Source: Phoronis australis (Eukaryota; Animalia; Phoronida). From it: a DNA stretch of 64,000 nucleotides. Positions 38,978-52,133 of the stretch are shown piece by piece (within the stretch, counting starts at the first letter, position 1; each line of letters begins with the position of its first letter). Under the pieces are notes generated by a model, which saw nothing but the letters and a program-made list of their open reading frames with translations, had not been told where the DNA came from and did not search any database. The DNA lies in assembly GCA_002633005.1 (NCBI GenBank), contig NMRA01000093.1, forward strand, positions 249,441-313,440, in the 5' to 3' direction. The position numbers and the translations under genes are program-made.

Positions 38978-41900
38978 GCTGTCATATGGAATTAGTCACA
39001 TCAGGTTTAATTTATTGATAAAGAATATTAACATCAAGCATAGCCTAGGTCCTGGTGAGGTAGAGACTACTAACAGTTGATTTGTCATTCATCTGAAAGA
39101 ATATCTGATGTTATTAAATATATTTTTATTAAAGTAAAAAACCAGGCTCGTAAATAAAGATTTGTCCATTTTTTAAATTGAAAAATTCAAAAACGAGCAC
39201 TGCCCGAGCAATCGTTTTCGCATTATATGCAGGTTCTCATTCACACCCTTACACACATTTACAAGTAATTATTTGACCATCAATTCTGCTATCATGGTTC
39301 TAATAATTCTGACGTCTATTTCATATGTTAGGTTTCAGCTATTAATCCGGAGTAGTGAATTTTAAAATCAGAACACCTAATTCGTTCGTCCAAAGCATAA
39401 CATCGTTTTAGAGCTCAAGTTCAGTTACCTGGACAGAGTAAGAAAAGTTATGTTTCTTCAGGGGCATCGTTCATCCAAGGGGAAAGGTGCCTGTGCATTT
39501 TTTTCGCCGAGTGCGGGGCGAAATCTACCTCCGATCAGCATCCCCGTCCTGTTGCAAGGCCTCACAGGCTCTGTCTCAAGTAACATTTTGTGCTTTTTCA
39601 AATTGTCACCTGTATGGTTACAGGTGATTTGAACTTCGGAGAGAAGTTTTCAATCACTAGGGGAGTTTTTAGGCCTCGTGGACGTAATATCGGGGGATTT
39701 TCAATATTTTTGAGAGGGGAATAAGGCCAATATTGAGTGCCCTGTCCTTTTTGCGAAGAAAAATGCATCATGTTTCAACCCCTAGTCATGAACACAGCAT
39801 GGCTGGCCGACGATTCTCCGGTCGTTGCTATGATGCTCCGCAACCGAGATGCGACAAAATATGATCTAACTTTTCGAAAACATTTATAAATCTTACACGG
39901 CCATATTTTCCTTCGTCGCGACGTATGGCAAGGACCGAACGTACGCTTCCGAATCTCAACGTCTTTAGGGATTCTAAAACAGCGAGTTGTGTGTCCGTAT
40001 TTTTTCTAGCGGTTTTGAGCAACGCGGAATACAACCAGTATATGCCAATAAGCCAACGGAGCTATCGTATAGCGAGCCTCGTTTTGAAACGCGCCTCCTG
40101 TCGGCGTGAATTGGGTCTATATCTTATCTTTCATACCGTGAATAATTCGCTTACAAGGAAGTCACGCGTGTCTAAAGATATGCGGGAATTTTCACCGCTC
40201 GTCCTTCTGAGCGACTTGTTCCAGGATCAAAGACAGCGCGGCGCCGGAATCAGGCACAAATGTCATGACTGCATTGCCCGATACGAGCAAGACCCAATAA
40301 AATGTAATTATCAGACCATAAACTGTATTAGACATCTCTGACTGTACATAATGGCGAATTTTCAAAATGCATTAACCACTAATTTCCGTTATAAACGAAC
40401 ACTACGGCGTTATACATCTGGAAAAAAACAACCAAGTACGGTTTTTGATTTTTGAAAATCGATGAACTAATAATAGCAAAAATTACAACCATTGGGTTGA
40501 AGATAAAGTACCGCGCGCATTGATATACCCGGTGGATATACAAACGCTGATTAGATTTAACAATACCACATGGATTCATTTTTTAATATTCTTTCAATCT
40601 CGTTTAACTAGATTTTTGACCAGGAAACAGTTGTTGTGCCCACTTTTCATTTTTTATTACTGACAAAGAGCTAGAATAGTAATATAGTCAGTGACACCGA
40701 AACTATCCAGAGATTCCAAATCATCAATTTGGTTATCACCATATTTGCCCTTTTGTATATATTTTATTATTTGAGTTCCAATAAAGACTAAACTTTAATT
40801 ACACGTGAAATTTTAGACAACATGCAATGTGGTAAGTTTAGGGATGGGCTAGCAATAAACTTAACTAATTAAGTTTAGCTGGCGATAAAAATCTATCACT
40901 GTTTTGGTACTTCAAGTTCAAAACTTAGATATAAAGTTATCAACCCGTTCTCGGTAAGAAAAAAAAACAAGTGGTCAGAAGCATTAAAAATTAAATAAAG
41001 ACAACCAATATGAAACTGATCGTTCCTTTGGGAAGTGGCCCTTTGTGAAGATAAACACAAGTTAACCTTTTTAGTCATTTTGTAATATTTATAATGTACC
41101 AAGTTAAAACTACTCTCCAGAGTTGCAGGTTATAACTCTGCAAATATCAGAGAAAATTAAATTGGGGGTACTAACAACAACCATTGTTGAGACAATAATT
41201 ATCTTTCCACTTCATTAGCTCAGATTTCCTTCAATACAAAGGGCGTGCTGAATAGGCATCGTAAAAGTTGCTTGGGGCGTAGGGAATCAGAGCCGTCACC
41301 AGTATAAGCGAGAACTTCTCTACATGTTAGCAATCGAACCCCTTGGTGTCTGTCATGTGCAATTAGTCACATCTGGTTTAATTTGTTGATCAAGAATATT
41401 AACATCAAGCATAGCCTAATCCTATGCACTCACTGGGAGTAACAGTTGATTTGTCATTGGTCTGAAAGAAAGATTGATGTTATTAAGTATATTTTTATTA
41501 AAATATAAAACCAGGTTCGTAATTGAAAATAAAAATTATTTGACCATCAATGCTTTCTTGGTTGTAATAATTCTTACGTCTATTTCATGTGTTAGATTTC
41601 AAATATCAATCTGGGCCAAGTTGAAATTTAAAATTAAAACACCTAATTCGTTCGTCCAAAACATAACATGGTTTTAGAACACAATTTCAGTTAACTCAGC
41701 AATCATAGTTATCATGTTTCTGCAGGAGCCTCTTTCATCCGAGGGGAACGGCGAGTTTTTCGTCGAGTGAGGGCGGGAACAATCTACCTCCCGGTCACCA
41801 TCAATAGCACCCCGCCCTGTTGCAAGCTCTCATAGGCTCTGCCTCAATTTAAAGTAGCCTTTTGTGCTCTTAAAAATTGTCACCAGTGTGGTTACAGGTA

Positions 41901-42682
41901 TATTTGAACTCAGAGAGATTTTTCACAAGGGAATTTTTATGCCTCGTGGGGGGAATTTCCCGTGATATTTCAATATGTTTGAGAGGGGAATAGGGCCGAT
42001 ACTGGGCCCCAAATTTGAGGGATTGAGGGCCCTGTCCTTTTTGGAAAGAAAAATTATAATATTTCAACCCGTAGCAGGGGCGGATCCAGGTTTTTTAGTT
42101 AGGGGGGCAGGGCACAGGAATAAGCAGCATTTCAGCAGATGCGCGCACCCAGTCTAAACTCTGGGGATGCAGGGGTCTTGAATTCTTGGGTTTGCGGACC
42201 TGTTGACTAAAAAAAACGGTAAACGGGGTTCATTCAGCGCCTATGCGTTGTTTATTCACTCCCCGTTGCACACGTGTGCTAGTCAGCAATTCGCACCCGA
42301 ACTCAAAAATGGGATCTGATAAATTTTAGGGGGGGCATGCCCCCCCCCAAATCCGTAGTCATGAAAACACAGCCTGGCTGGCCCATTCTCCGGTCGTTAC
42401 TATGATGCTTAACAACTGACCGACATGCGACAAAATATGATCTAACTTTTCGAAAACATTTATAAATTTTACACGGGCATATTTTGCTTCGTCGCGGCAA
42501 CGACCCAACGCTTCCGAATATCAACGTCTTTAGAGATTGCGAAGCAGACAGTTGCGTGTCCGTATTTTTTCTAGCCGTTCGCGAAACAACACGGTCTGAA
42601 ACTATGCCGATAAGCTAACAGAGCTATCGTAGCGAGCCTCGTTTTGGAATGCGCTTCTTGTCGGCGTGAATAGGGTCTATAC
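38978..42682. repeat. Old diverged direct duplication: 38978-40122 vs 41349-42682
   Basis: Collinear similarity from AATTAGTCACATC.GGTTTAATTT to TGTCGGCGTGAAT.GGGTCTATA, with many substitutions and indels and no N at the boundaries. Confidence 0.85.
42075..42353. mobile_element. CAGGGGCGGATCCAGG MITE (same family as 14106-14406, opposite orientation)
   Basis: Flanked by CGTAG (42070-42074, 42354-42358). Absent from the paralogous site at ~39780. The right TIR is truncated. Confidence 0.85.
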
Positions 42683-43810
42683 TGAACAGTCGTGCCCCCG
42701 GTCACAAGGTCACTGATCATAGCTACGCTGTGTTTACAAACGAGAGAGAGGACTTGCTTGGTATTATAAAGCAAAAAAATGAAACATGGTTTTTAGTTTG
42801 CAAATCACTCCAAATGCACACACTATCCAGCCTGCTCAAGACATGCCTGACCACAAGCTATCCCATGAGCCTTCGCGCAGGAAGTAACTCGCACATGCGC
42901 AATGCGTAGTTCGTTTGGGCTGCCAATCCGCTATTAAATATAATGTTTTTTTTACCAACATTGTATCCTCATATGAGTGCATAGGAAGTGATTCGACACA
43001 TGTTTTTGACCAGTTGTGGACCACCACGTTATAGAAACAACATTCACATTCAACTGCGCAACTAAAGAACCAGACGTTATCAAAAGATCTGGAATTACAA
43101 CCACATTAACATGGACAAACTGCGCACTGACNTTTTCGAAAACATTCATAAATTTTACACGGACATATTTTGCTTCGTCGCGGGAAGGACCCAACGCTTC
43201 CGAATCTCAACGTCTTTAGAGATTGTGAAGCAGACAGTTGCGTGTCCGTATTTTTTCTAGCCGTTTGCGGAACAACACGGTCTGAAACACAGAACTATGC
43301 CGATAAGCTAACAGAGCTATCGTAGCGAGCCTCGTTTTGGAATGTGCTTCTTGTCGGCGCGAATAGGGTCCATACCGAACAGTCGTGCCCCCGGTCACAA
43401 GGTCACTGATCATAGCTACGCTGTGTTTACAAACGAGAGAGAGGACTTGCTTGGTATTATAAAGCAAAAAAATGAAACATGATTTTTAGTTTGCAAATCA
43501 CTCCAAATGCACACACTATCTAGCCTGCTCAAGACATGCCTGACCACAAGCTATCCCATAAGCCTTCGCGCAAATGCGCAATGCGTAGTTCGTTTGGGCT
43601 GCCAATCCGCTATTAAATATAATGTTTTTTTTACCAACATTGTATCCTCATATGAGTGCATAGGAAGTGATTCGCCACATGTCTTTGACCAGTTGTGGAC
43701 CACCACGTTATAGAAACAACATTCACATTCAACTGCGCAACTAAAGAACCAGACGTTATCAAAAGATCTGGAATTACAATCACATTAACATGGACAAACT
43801 GCGCACTGAC
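42447..43810. repeat. Near-identical ~0.68-kb duplication joined by one N (probable assembly artefact)
   Basis: 42447-43131 vs 43133-43810; N at 43132. Confidence 0.9.
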
Positions 43811-46473
43811 ATAACCAAATTTAACTGCACGGAAATACTTAGCAAAAGTGACATAAATGACGCAGTCTCAACATTCACGCAGTCACTCAACAACCTACTA
43901 AATTATAATATCCCATAAACCATGCAAACAATAAAAAACAAGAACAAACCGTGGTTAACAATAACATTAAGTCTGATATAAATAAAAGAAACAAACAGTA
44001 CAGATCGTTCAAAAAATCAAATAATCCGTGCACGTTTAAGTGCTACAAAGAACAGTGCAAGAGTGTGGAAGAACTAATTAAAAAGACAAAACAAGACTAT
44101 AAGATGAAAATTATGTCCAACATCAACAATGTCTCCAAAACTTCTAAGGAATATTAGGATATAGTAAACAAAATTCGAGGACAGGTAAAGAAATCATCAT
44201 ACCCCACCATCCACTCAAAGGAATCCAACAATCAGGCGTTATCCAAAGCTGAAAAAAGTAAGTTATTTCTAGAATACTTCAACGCCAAGAGTCACACTGC
44301 ACCAACAACAAACTTTCCCGAATTCCCAATTAGAACATTAAAACACCTCTCTGACATACAAGCCCAACCATGTGAAGTCCGAAAACTACTAGAAAATATT
44401 GACGAAACAAAAACGACGGTATCAATCTCATAACCAATAAAATGATTAAGATAATAGCAAGAGAGCTTACAGCTCCTTTGACACAATTATATAACAAAAT
44501 ACTACTATCTGGAAAATTTCCTTGAACTGGAAACTTGGTGTTATGATACCAATACACAAAAAGAACTCCAAAACATACATTGCCAACTATCGCCCAATAA
44601 CTCTATCCAAAAGTTTAGAAAAAAATATTTTCTCAACACATGTTTGACCACCTCTCTTCACAAAACCTCATATATTGTCGCCAATTTGGATTCATGCCTG
44701 GTAACAGCACTGTGTCCCAACTTACAGAAACTGTACACGACATCCACCTCCAGTTTGAACCAGGGTACAACGTGAGATCCGTAGTTTTAGACATTGCGTC
44801 AGCTTTTGATGTCGTTCCCCCATGATCTGCTTCTACATAAATTACAATCTTACGGTTTTTCCGTATCTCTCCTATTACTTTTAAAATCATATCTGGAATG
44901 TCGAACTTACAAAGTCTTATCACGCTCATCAACGCTAGGTTTCGTAAATTCTGGAATACCACAAGGTAGAGTACTAGGCCGCTTACTCTTTTTATTGTAC
45001 ATCAATGATCTTCCACACACAATAAACACTAAAACATTCGTATATGCTGATGACACTGCAATTTTCTACCCATTCTCAAAAGAGAATCCCCATGACTCCT
45101 TACAATTGCAAACTGACCTAAACAAAATCTATGACTGGTCTTGCAAAAGGGAAGTTGACGTTTGAACCTGAAAAAACTGTAGATCTTGTGTTTTGTAAGT
45201 CTAATAATACTCATTTTCAAGCAAATCCAAAACTGGAATTATCAGTCAACGGGGAGGTTATTCCCAATAAGTTCACACACAAACACCTTGGCTTGCTACT
45301 AGACCACAAGCTTACATTTACGCCTCACTATCGCGAACTCGTTCAAAAAATACAAAAATTAATCAATCCAATTAGAATTGTCTCTCGTCGTCTCAACTCT
45401 ATGCATCTTGAAACTCTGTTCAAGTCTTTTGTTCTTCCACATCTAGATTACTGTGACATAATCTACCAATCGGCAAATGCTGGCATACTTCTTCAATTAG
45501 AAAGACTACAATACCAAGCAGCTTTAGCCATAACAGGAGCATACAAAGGGTCCAAAACAATCAAGGTTCTAAATAGCCTCAACTGGAGCAAACTAGCAAC
45601 CCGTCGTAAACTCCACCTGTCCATGTATACATTCAAAGTCTTAACCAACAATTATTCAAACAAAATTCTCTTTGACTCCTACAAAAGACTTAACACGAGA
45701 CCAGGACTGCGGCAAAGTAATATATGTATACACTATTCCGTCTTCCACCAGCCAAGCCTTCAGGAGATCTACAATATTAACTTGTATTTAGAACTCGAAT
45801 TCCTTACCATCCAAAATAAAAGAAAGCACTTCAATCGTCACTCTCAAAAATAACTTTAAAATGCATACCACTACTCAAGAGCTACCAGTCCCATTGACAT
45901 CGTTCCAACTTCCTTGCAATCATGAAATAATCCTATACAGATCAAGATGCGGTCTATTCCTAAACAACGAGAAATTAGGACATAATTTTAATAATATTTC
46001 GCGTCTGTGTTCATGTGGAGACACCCAGACAAATGATCATGTTTTCTTTGCTTGTGACGTATGCAAGGAGCAGAGGGTACAGCTTTTCCAGACACTCGAA
46101 CAATACACCAATATTTACAAAAAATATTCTGAAAATCCGCAATTGTACAACAAAATTAATTTTTTTCTATATGGATGTCAAGAACCCAACCCAAATGAAA
46201 AGGTTTTATTCGAAATAGTATCAACATTTCTTTATAATATTAAATCTCTTTGTGTGAGTGGATAGAATTGTATAAATGTGTATGAAAATGAATTATTTAC
46301 ATTTGTAATCATATGTCATTGTAATCTTAACTACAGTTTTTTTAATTTATGTATTTGTGTAAAATAATTGTATATAGATTTCTTTGTATTTTTTAACCCA
46401 CATATAATGCCTCTTGGCGCTTTCTGGGTTATGTATATTCATTGTATCGAAGATTTCGTAATAAACATAAAAA
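43640..46473 (+). mobile_element. 5'-truncated, frameshifted CR1-group LINE (end of endonuclease, RT, C-terminal Cys/His region, 3' UTR)
   Basis: VVDHHVI, KIWNY, KNKPW, NYRPITL, QFGFMPGNSTVSQL, LDIASAFDVV, GIPQGRVLGRLLFLLYINDLP, YADDT, HKHLGLLLD, LDYCDIIY, CSCG...DHVFFAC. AT-rich 3' UTR with AATAAA at 46460. Confidence 0.95.
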
Positions 46474-47802
46474 GTTATGGGATACTTGTAATAACAACTG
46501 TGCTTTGTATTGCTAGTTATGTAACTCTAAGACTTTGAAACTAGTCAGCTTTGGGAAGAGGCATTTCCGACAACAACGACAATCAGAGAACTATTATCCA
46601 ATCAAAATTACTTAACTTTTGTCTGCCTACACCATTTTTGGTAATGATTTGTGTTCATTGCTGGAATCCGGCAACTTTATTCGGAGAATTGCTTTGCAAC
46701 TAGGAGGAAGTGTGTGGGTTTTGTGTTTTGAGCTATCTCGCCCACCTTTCTTGTATTCAGTATTAACTATTTTGTTAGCTACTTTAGAATTCATATTGCT
46801 TGGAGAGAGGCTGCTGCTTGCTTCAAAAATACCCAACGTTGGTAAGACACAACTTTGTTTCTTGATGTTTCACTATTACCTTTGACTTTACAAACAACTA
46901 TTCTCAGTTCTTTAATTATTTGATTAATTCATAGAAATTGTTGTAACTACAAACTTCTGCTAACTGATGTTTGCCTAATTGTGAGTTGATATAATATTAT
47001 CAGACATGCAGTTTTCTTTATTTTTAGAATGATGTAATTGGTACTTCAGTTTGTATTAGAGATTGTACTATCTTTATTAATTGTTTCAAGTGCAACCGTA
47101 TTCGTAGGCTATCGTATTCGTATCTTCGTATAACGTACATACTTGTACAATCGTAAATACACGTGTCTTATCGTATCACAAATAAAGTTTTATGAACCGC
47201 TGTTACGGTATTATTATTATACGCGTGTAAACCGCTCGGCCAACAACAAAAACAAGGGAGACATCTATTGTGCGTGTGGATGCTCTACAGTCTTAGTTTA
47301 ATGTTTGAGTATCACCTACAATCCTTCGTAAATTCTATGGATAACGAAGAGCAATATTTTAAGGCACACAAGTCGTCTCCTAAATTCAAAATAACGCCAC
47401 TGTCAGATCTGAATAAGTCAGTGTATCACTTCAGTAACCTTCAGGATTTATGCCGGGGTTATTTACTTGAGTATAATGTACGTGCTGAAGTTTATTAGGA
47501 TTGTTTCTTGATCGCTTTTCACTTTTAACTGTACGGTCGAAGCACACATAACTAGTAGAATTAAAAACATACAGTTAGTATTATATACTTGAGGTTCATG
47601 GCAATAGGGCTGCCCCGGATTACACAGCGACACTCGAATCTAGCTGCATTTACCCACAATGCCGTAAACATTCATCAGGCACATTTGCTGCCTCGTTTTC
47701 GAGCCACTGGAGTTTCACATGTTATTTGTTGTGGTTCTGATTCTGAACAAGTTTTTCTCGGTTGCATTACTCTATTCGTTCTTCCTATGCTAACGAAGTA
47801 TT

Positions 47803-47935
47803 AAGTGTTGTGTTGTGGGCTGCAACACCGGCGTGAAAAAGTTTTATAAACTGGACAAATACCCGTGGATGCGTGATCTGAAATTCTTTGCCTTCCCGAC
47901 ATTAATGAGAGACACAAAAATGGGCCTGATTTCAA
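47803..47935 (+). pseudogene. THAP-domain N-terminal remnant
   Basis: KCCVVGCNTGVKKFYKLDKYPWMRDLKFFAFPT, then ERHK(K)W after frameshifts. Confidence 0.65.
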
Positions 47936-48079
47936 AAAATTGATCAAGCACTTTCTTATCTCCACAAAAATGTCGAATAAAAGTTATCTCCTGTTGAGTG
48001 ATAATATCTGACGAGTGCAGTTTTCAAATGCATACTGAATGCTACCGTTACTGCCGAAGCGTGTCAGTTTGCGCTTTTT

Positions 48080-48550
48080 TCAGGAATCGTCATGAAAAAT
48101 GCTTGGAAAAGTATGACTCGACATTGTTGTTCTCAATGCAGAGTAAAGAATCGTTATCAGATAAATACATGCAAGTTTGGTTACATTTAATTCAACCGAC
48201 GTCACAACAGGCGCGTTTCAGATTACACTCTTTCCAAGAATTGTCAGAAAAAATGCTTGAAAACTGTGCAGGGGAAAGAATCGTTATCAGATAATTATAT
48301 ATGTACACAGACGTTCTCATGTACTACACAAAGTTGATTGCATTCAATTCAACTGACATTACAATAGTAGCATTTCAGATTGGGTTCTTTCCAAGAATAG
48401 TCATGAAAAGAGCTTGAAATGCTATTCCCAGAATTTTTTTTTTCACGATGCAGGGTAAAGAATTGTTATCAGATAAATACAAGTGTACACAAGCGTTCTC
48501 TTCTACTTTGCAAGGTTGGTTACATATAATTCAACGGACTTAACAATAGT
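48080..48550. repeat. Three diverged ~155-bp tandem units
   Basis: AAAGAAT(C/T)GTTATCAGATAA and GAAT.GTCA.GAAAA..GCTTG recur three times. Confidence 0.8.
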
Positions 48551-48840
48551 CATGAGCATTAAGAACGTGACTGTAAGCAGTGTGCCCTAAACTTTATTAA
48601 CCTAAATTTGAAGAAATGCAGACCCGTAGCCAGGGGGGTTCGCGGGGGTTCGATCCAACGCGGAAAAGGTCCAGCCCCAGCCTCTCCGATAACGAGATTT
48701 ATGGCACTCTGACATAAATTCTGTTATTTGGGCAAATAACATTATACAGCCCTTCATGCTTCAGATACAACTCCTAGTTAGTTCCTACCAAGTCTGATGG
48801 TAGCGCTGTTTGTTCTTTCTCTCCAGCTTCATGTTGGTCC

Positions 48841-51800
48841 CACAGGCATCCTCAGATTTTGATCGTCCCCAATACAATACATATAATACTACAAGGTATG
48901 ACACTCCGGGCTAGAAATTCCAAGCCTGCTTCGATTCAGCCGTCCATATCAAACACATAACTCAATACACAAAACCATTGTTCTACACGACCTGTTTTGA
49001 CTCGACACGGTAACGGGTTTGTATTTTGCCGCGTCGAGTTTTGGTAAAGCGCGTCACTAAGTTTAAAAATTGCCGCGCCAGGTTTCAAACCTTGGCTGGC
49101 GTGATGCTTCAGCCCTCATCATCTAATCTGAGCCTGATTTTACCAACAATAAACATAGTTCACTTGACCAAAAGGCAGTTAATAGTATGATATTCTCCGT
49201 AATAAGGCGCCCGGGGCCCTTAGAAAATTCGTTTCGGAGGGAGACGTTTATTGTAATCCAAGGCGGTTAAAATTCGGTCTCCGAAACGGGTGAAATCGGA
49301 AGCTAGGATTCATCGAATTTACGCTATGTGATGTATCTACAAAACTGTGGTGCACTGCTATTAAACGTCGTTGATAAATTACTATAATTTTACAAAAAAT
49401 TGTGCTGAAATACCTGGGCGAAAACTCGTCGATGCGCCCCTGCCTAGTGATCGTCGACAGGGCAGCTTGAATAAAATAGTTTCGACTCAACAAATTACGT
49501 GAAATCCTCACTTAAGTTTTCCAAGTAGCGTCCTTAAGATTTTAAGTTCCTGTGAAGTCGGTATTAGGAACAAAATCCGTTTAAATATGCGCAAGATCGT
49601 ACCCAGCAACATGAGAAAAATCTCTGGACGAACTCACATGTCGTAGTCACGTTTTGAAGATCGTCTGCGTGTGTGAGTGAGCGAGCGCGCGCGTGTCATA
49701 AGCGTTCGTTTTCCGGAGTAAACGCAATGTAACGACGTAGGCGTGCATTGTAACTAAAGAAATAACACAAGCAGTATCACGAGAACGCGTTTTATTCAGC
49801 ACATGCTGATCACATTAAAACGTTCGAGAATTGTCTCGGTAAGGCCTAAGGCCGAAACTCATTGAGTCGCCGGGTGACTGGATGCGTGACAGTCTGAGTT
49901 ATTTTCCGGGAGATTCGGGGGCGAAGGTGTCCACTATTAGTGGGGCATTTTATTAGGTACTTTACTTTAAAACACTTATTATGAATACATTAAAAATGGA
50001 TTAATAAAGCAATATCTCTTAAAAATAACGCAACAGTTTTTACGGCATTAGAAACTTTCTGAAATAAGTGGCAATCTATATTTCTAGCCGATGTGTTACC
50101 CGAAAACTAATGTCTGCGATGACAAGTGACACGTAGGTAGCGCGCGCTTTCTGGCCACGTGCTTTTAACAGCAACTTTTTATTCATGAGACCGTCGTCAG
50201 CTGAATGGGCACAATTCGCGGTTTTCACGGGAAGGCCCTACAAAGTGTCAAAAAGTAGGCCACACCTGACCAAGTTCAGTGTACATTTTTGAAACATACA
50301 TAAATACCTCCAGTGGAGTCGTGAAAGCTATAGTCTAAAGAAAAGTTTTGACAACTGATATTGAACTCTAGAAATTTGCGTCGAGTTTGGAATTGGTATT
50401 GTGGAGAACACTGAAAACAGGGGTTCAACAAACCATGAACACTTGCTCTTTCTTATAATACCATCCAAGGTGTCCTGTTCCGGCGACTTCGTAAGAAATT
50501 CGCAGTCAAAGAACAAAAATGTTCCCAAAAAGCCCAAACACACAACTGTGACGGCTCGAGGTCAAGGACGGTACGGAAATTGCCGATGAGTTACGGATGG
50601 ACGGCAACTGCCGGTTCTTCACGAAATGTTACGAAAGTGTGTGGCTAAGTGTAGAGTTATCGACATCGTGACTTTTCGCAACAAACCGGCAAATTCCGTA
50701 CCGTCCTTGACCTCGAGCCGTCAAAGTTGTGTGTAATTTTATTGAGTTATGTGCTTGATATGGACGGCTGAATCGAAGCAGCCGTGGAATTTCTAGCCCG
50801 GAGGGTCATACCTTGTAGTATTATATGTAGTGTATTGGGGACGATCAGAAGCTGAGGATGCCTGTGGTTGGCCCAGNACAAGCAGTATCACGAGAACGCG
50901 TTTTATTCAGCACATGCTGATCACATTAAAACTTTCGAGAATTGTCTCGGTAGGGCCTAAGGCCGAAACTCATTGAATCGCCAGGTGACTGGATGCGTGA
51001 CAGTCTGAGCTATTTTCCGGGAGATTCGGGGGCGAAGGTGTCCACTATGAGTGGGGCATTTTATTAGGTACTTCACTTTAAAAACACTTATTATGAATAC
51101 ATTAAAAATGGATTAATAAAGCAATATCTATTAAAAATAACGCAACAGTTTTTACGGCATTAGAAACTTTCTGAAATAAGTGCCAATCTATATTTCTAGC
51201 CGATGTGCTACCCGAAAACTAATGTCTGCGATTACAAGTGACACGTAGGTAGCGCGCGCTTTCTGGCCACGTGCTTTTAACAGCAACTTTTTATTCATGA
51301 GACCGTCGTCAGCTGAATGGGCACAATTCGCGGTTTTCACGGGAAGGCCCTACAAAGTGTCAAAAAGTAGGTCACACCTGACCAAGTTCAGTGTACATTT
51401 TTGAAACATACATAAATACCTCCAGTGGAGTCGTGAAAGCTATAGACTAAAGAAAAGATAGTTTTGACAACTGATAATGAACTCTAGAAATTCGCATCGA
51501 GTTTGGAATTGGTATTGTGGAGAACACTGAAAACAGGGGTTCAACAAACCATGAACAATTGTTCTTTCTTATAATACCATCCAAGGTGTCCTGTTCCGGC
51601 GACTTCGTAAGAAATTCGCAGTCAAAGAACAAAAATGTTCCCAAAAAGCCCAAACACACAACTGTGACGGCTCGAGGTCAAGGACGGTACGGAAATTGCC
51701 GATGAGTTATGGATGGACGGCAACTGCCGGTTCTTCACGAAATGTTACGAAAGTGTGTGGCTAAGTGTAGAGTTATCCACATCGTGACTTTTCGCAACAA

Positions 51801-51982
51801 ACCGGCAAATTCCGTACCGTCCTTGACCTCGAGCCGTCAAAGTTGTGTGTAATTTTATTGAGTTATGTGCTTGATATGGACGGCTGAATCGAAGCAGCCG
51901 TGGAATTTCTAGCCCGGAGGGTCATACCTTGTAGTATTATATGTAGTGTATTGGGGACGATCAGAAGCTGAGGATGCCTGTG
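48841..51982. mobile_element. Non-autonomous DNA transposon, ~130-bp TIRs, 8-bp TSD (P- or hAT-like); true length probably ~2.0 kb
   Basis: CACAGGCATCCTCAG... at 48841 is inverted at ...CTGAGGATGCCTGTG (50866, repeated at 51982). TSD GTTGGTCC / GTTGGCCC. Confidence 0.85.
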
Positions 51983-51992
51983 GTTGGCCCAG
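49767..51992. repeat. Near-identical ~1.11-kb duplication joined by one N (probable assembly artefact)
   Basis: 49767-50876 vs 50878-51992; N at 50877. Confidence 0.9.
50538..50734. mobile_element. Hairpin MITE with ~48-bp arms (second copy 51654-51850)
   Basis: ACACACAACTGTGACGGCTCGAGGTCAAGGACGGTACGGAAATTGCCG vs its near-perfect reverse complement. Confidence 0.85.
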
Positions 51993-52133
51993 CCTCAAGC
52001 TGCACTACATTCACTCGTAAGTTTTCACAATTAGACAAATTATACCTAGTAGACTCCTTCCCGTTTGTCGTTAATTGTCCTGGACACAAGTTACTTCCCG
52101 TATTTACTTTTTAGCCACATATGGCCGATTTCT

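Noticed and set aside
48841-48860. RAG/Transib RSS-like terminus (CACAG...)
   Set aside because: The heptamer is CACAGGC, there is no nonamer at 12/23 spacing, and the TSD is 8 bp rather than 5 bp.
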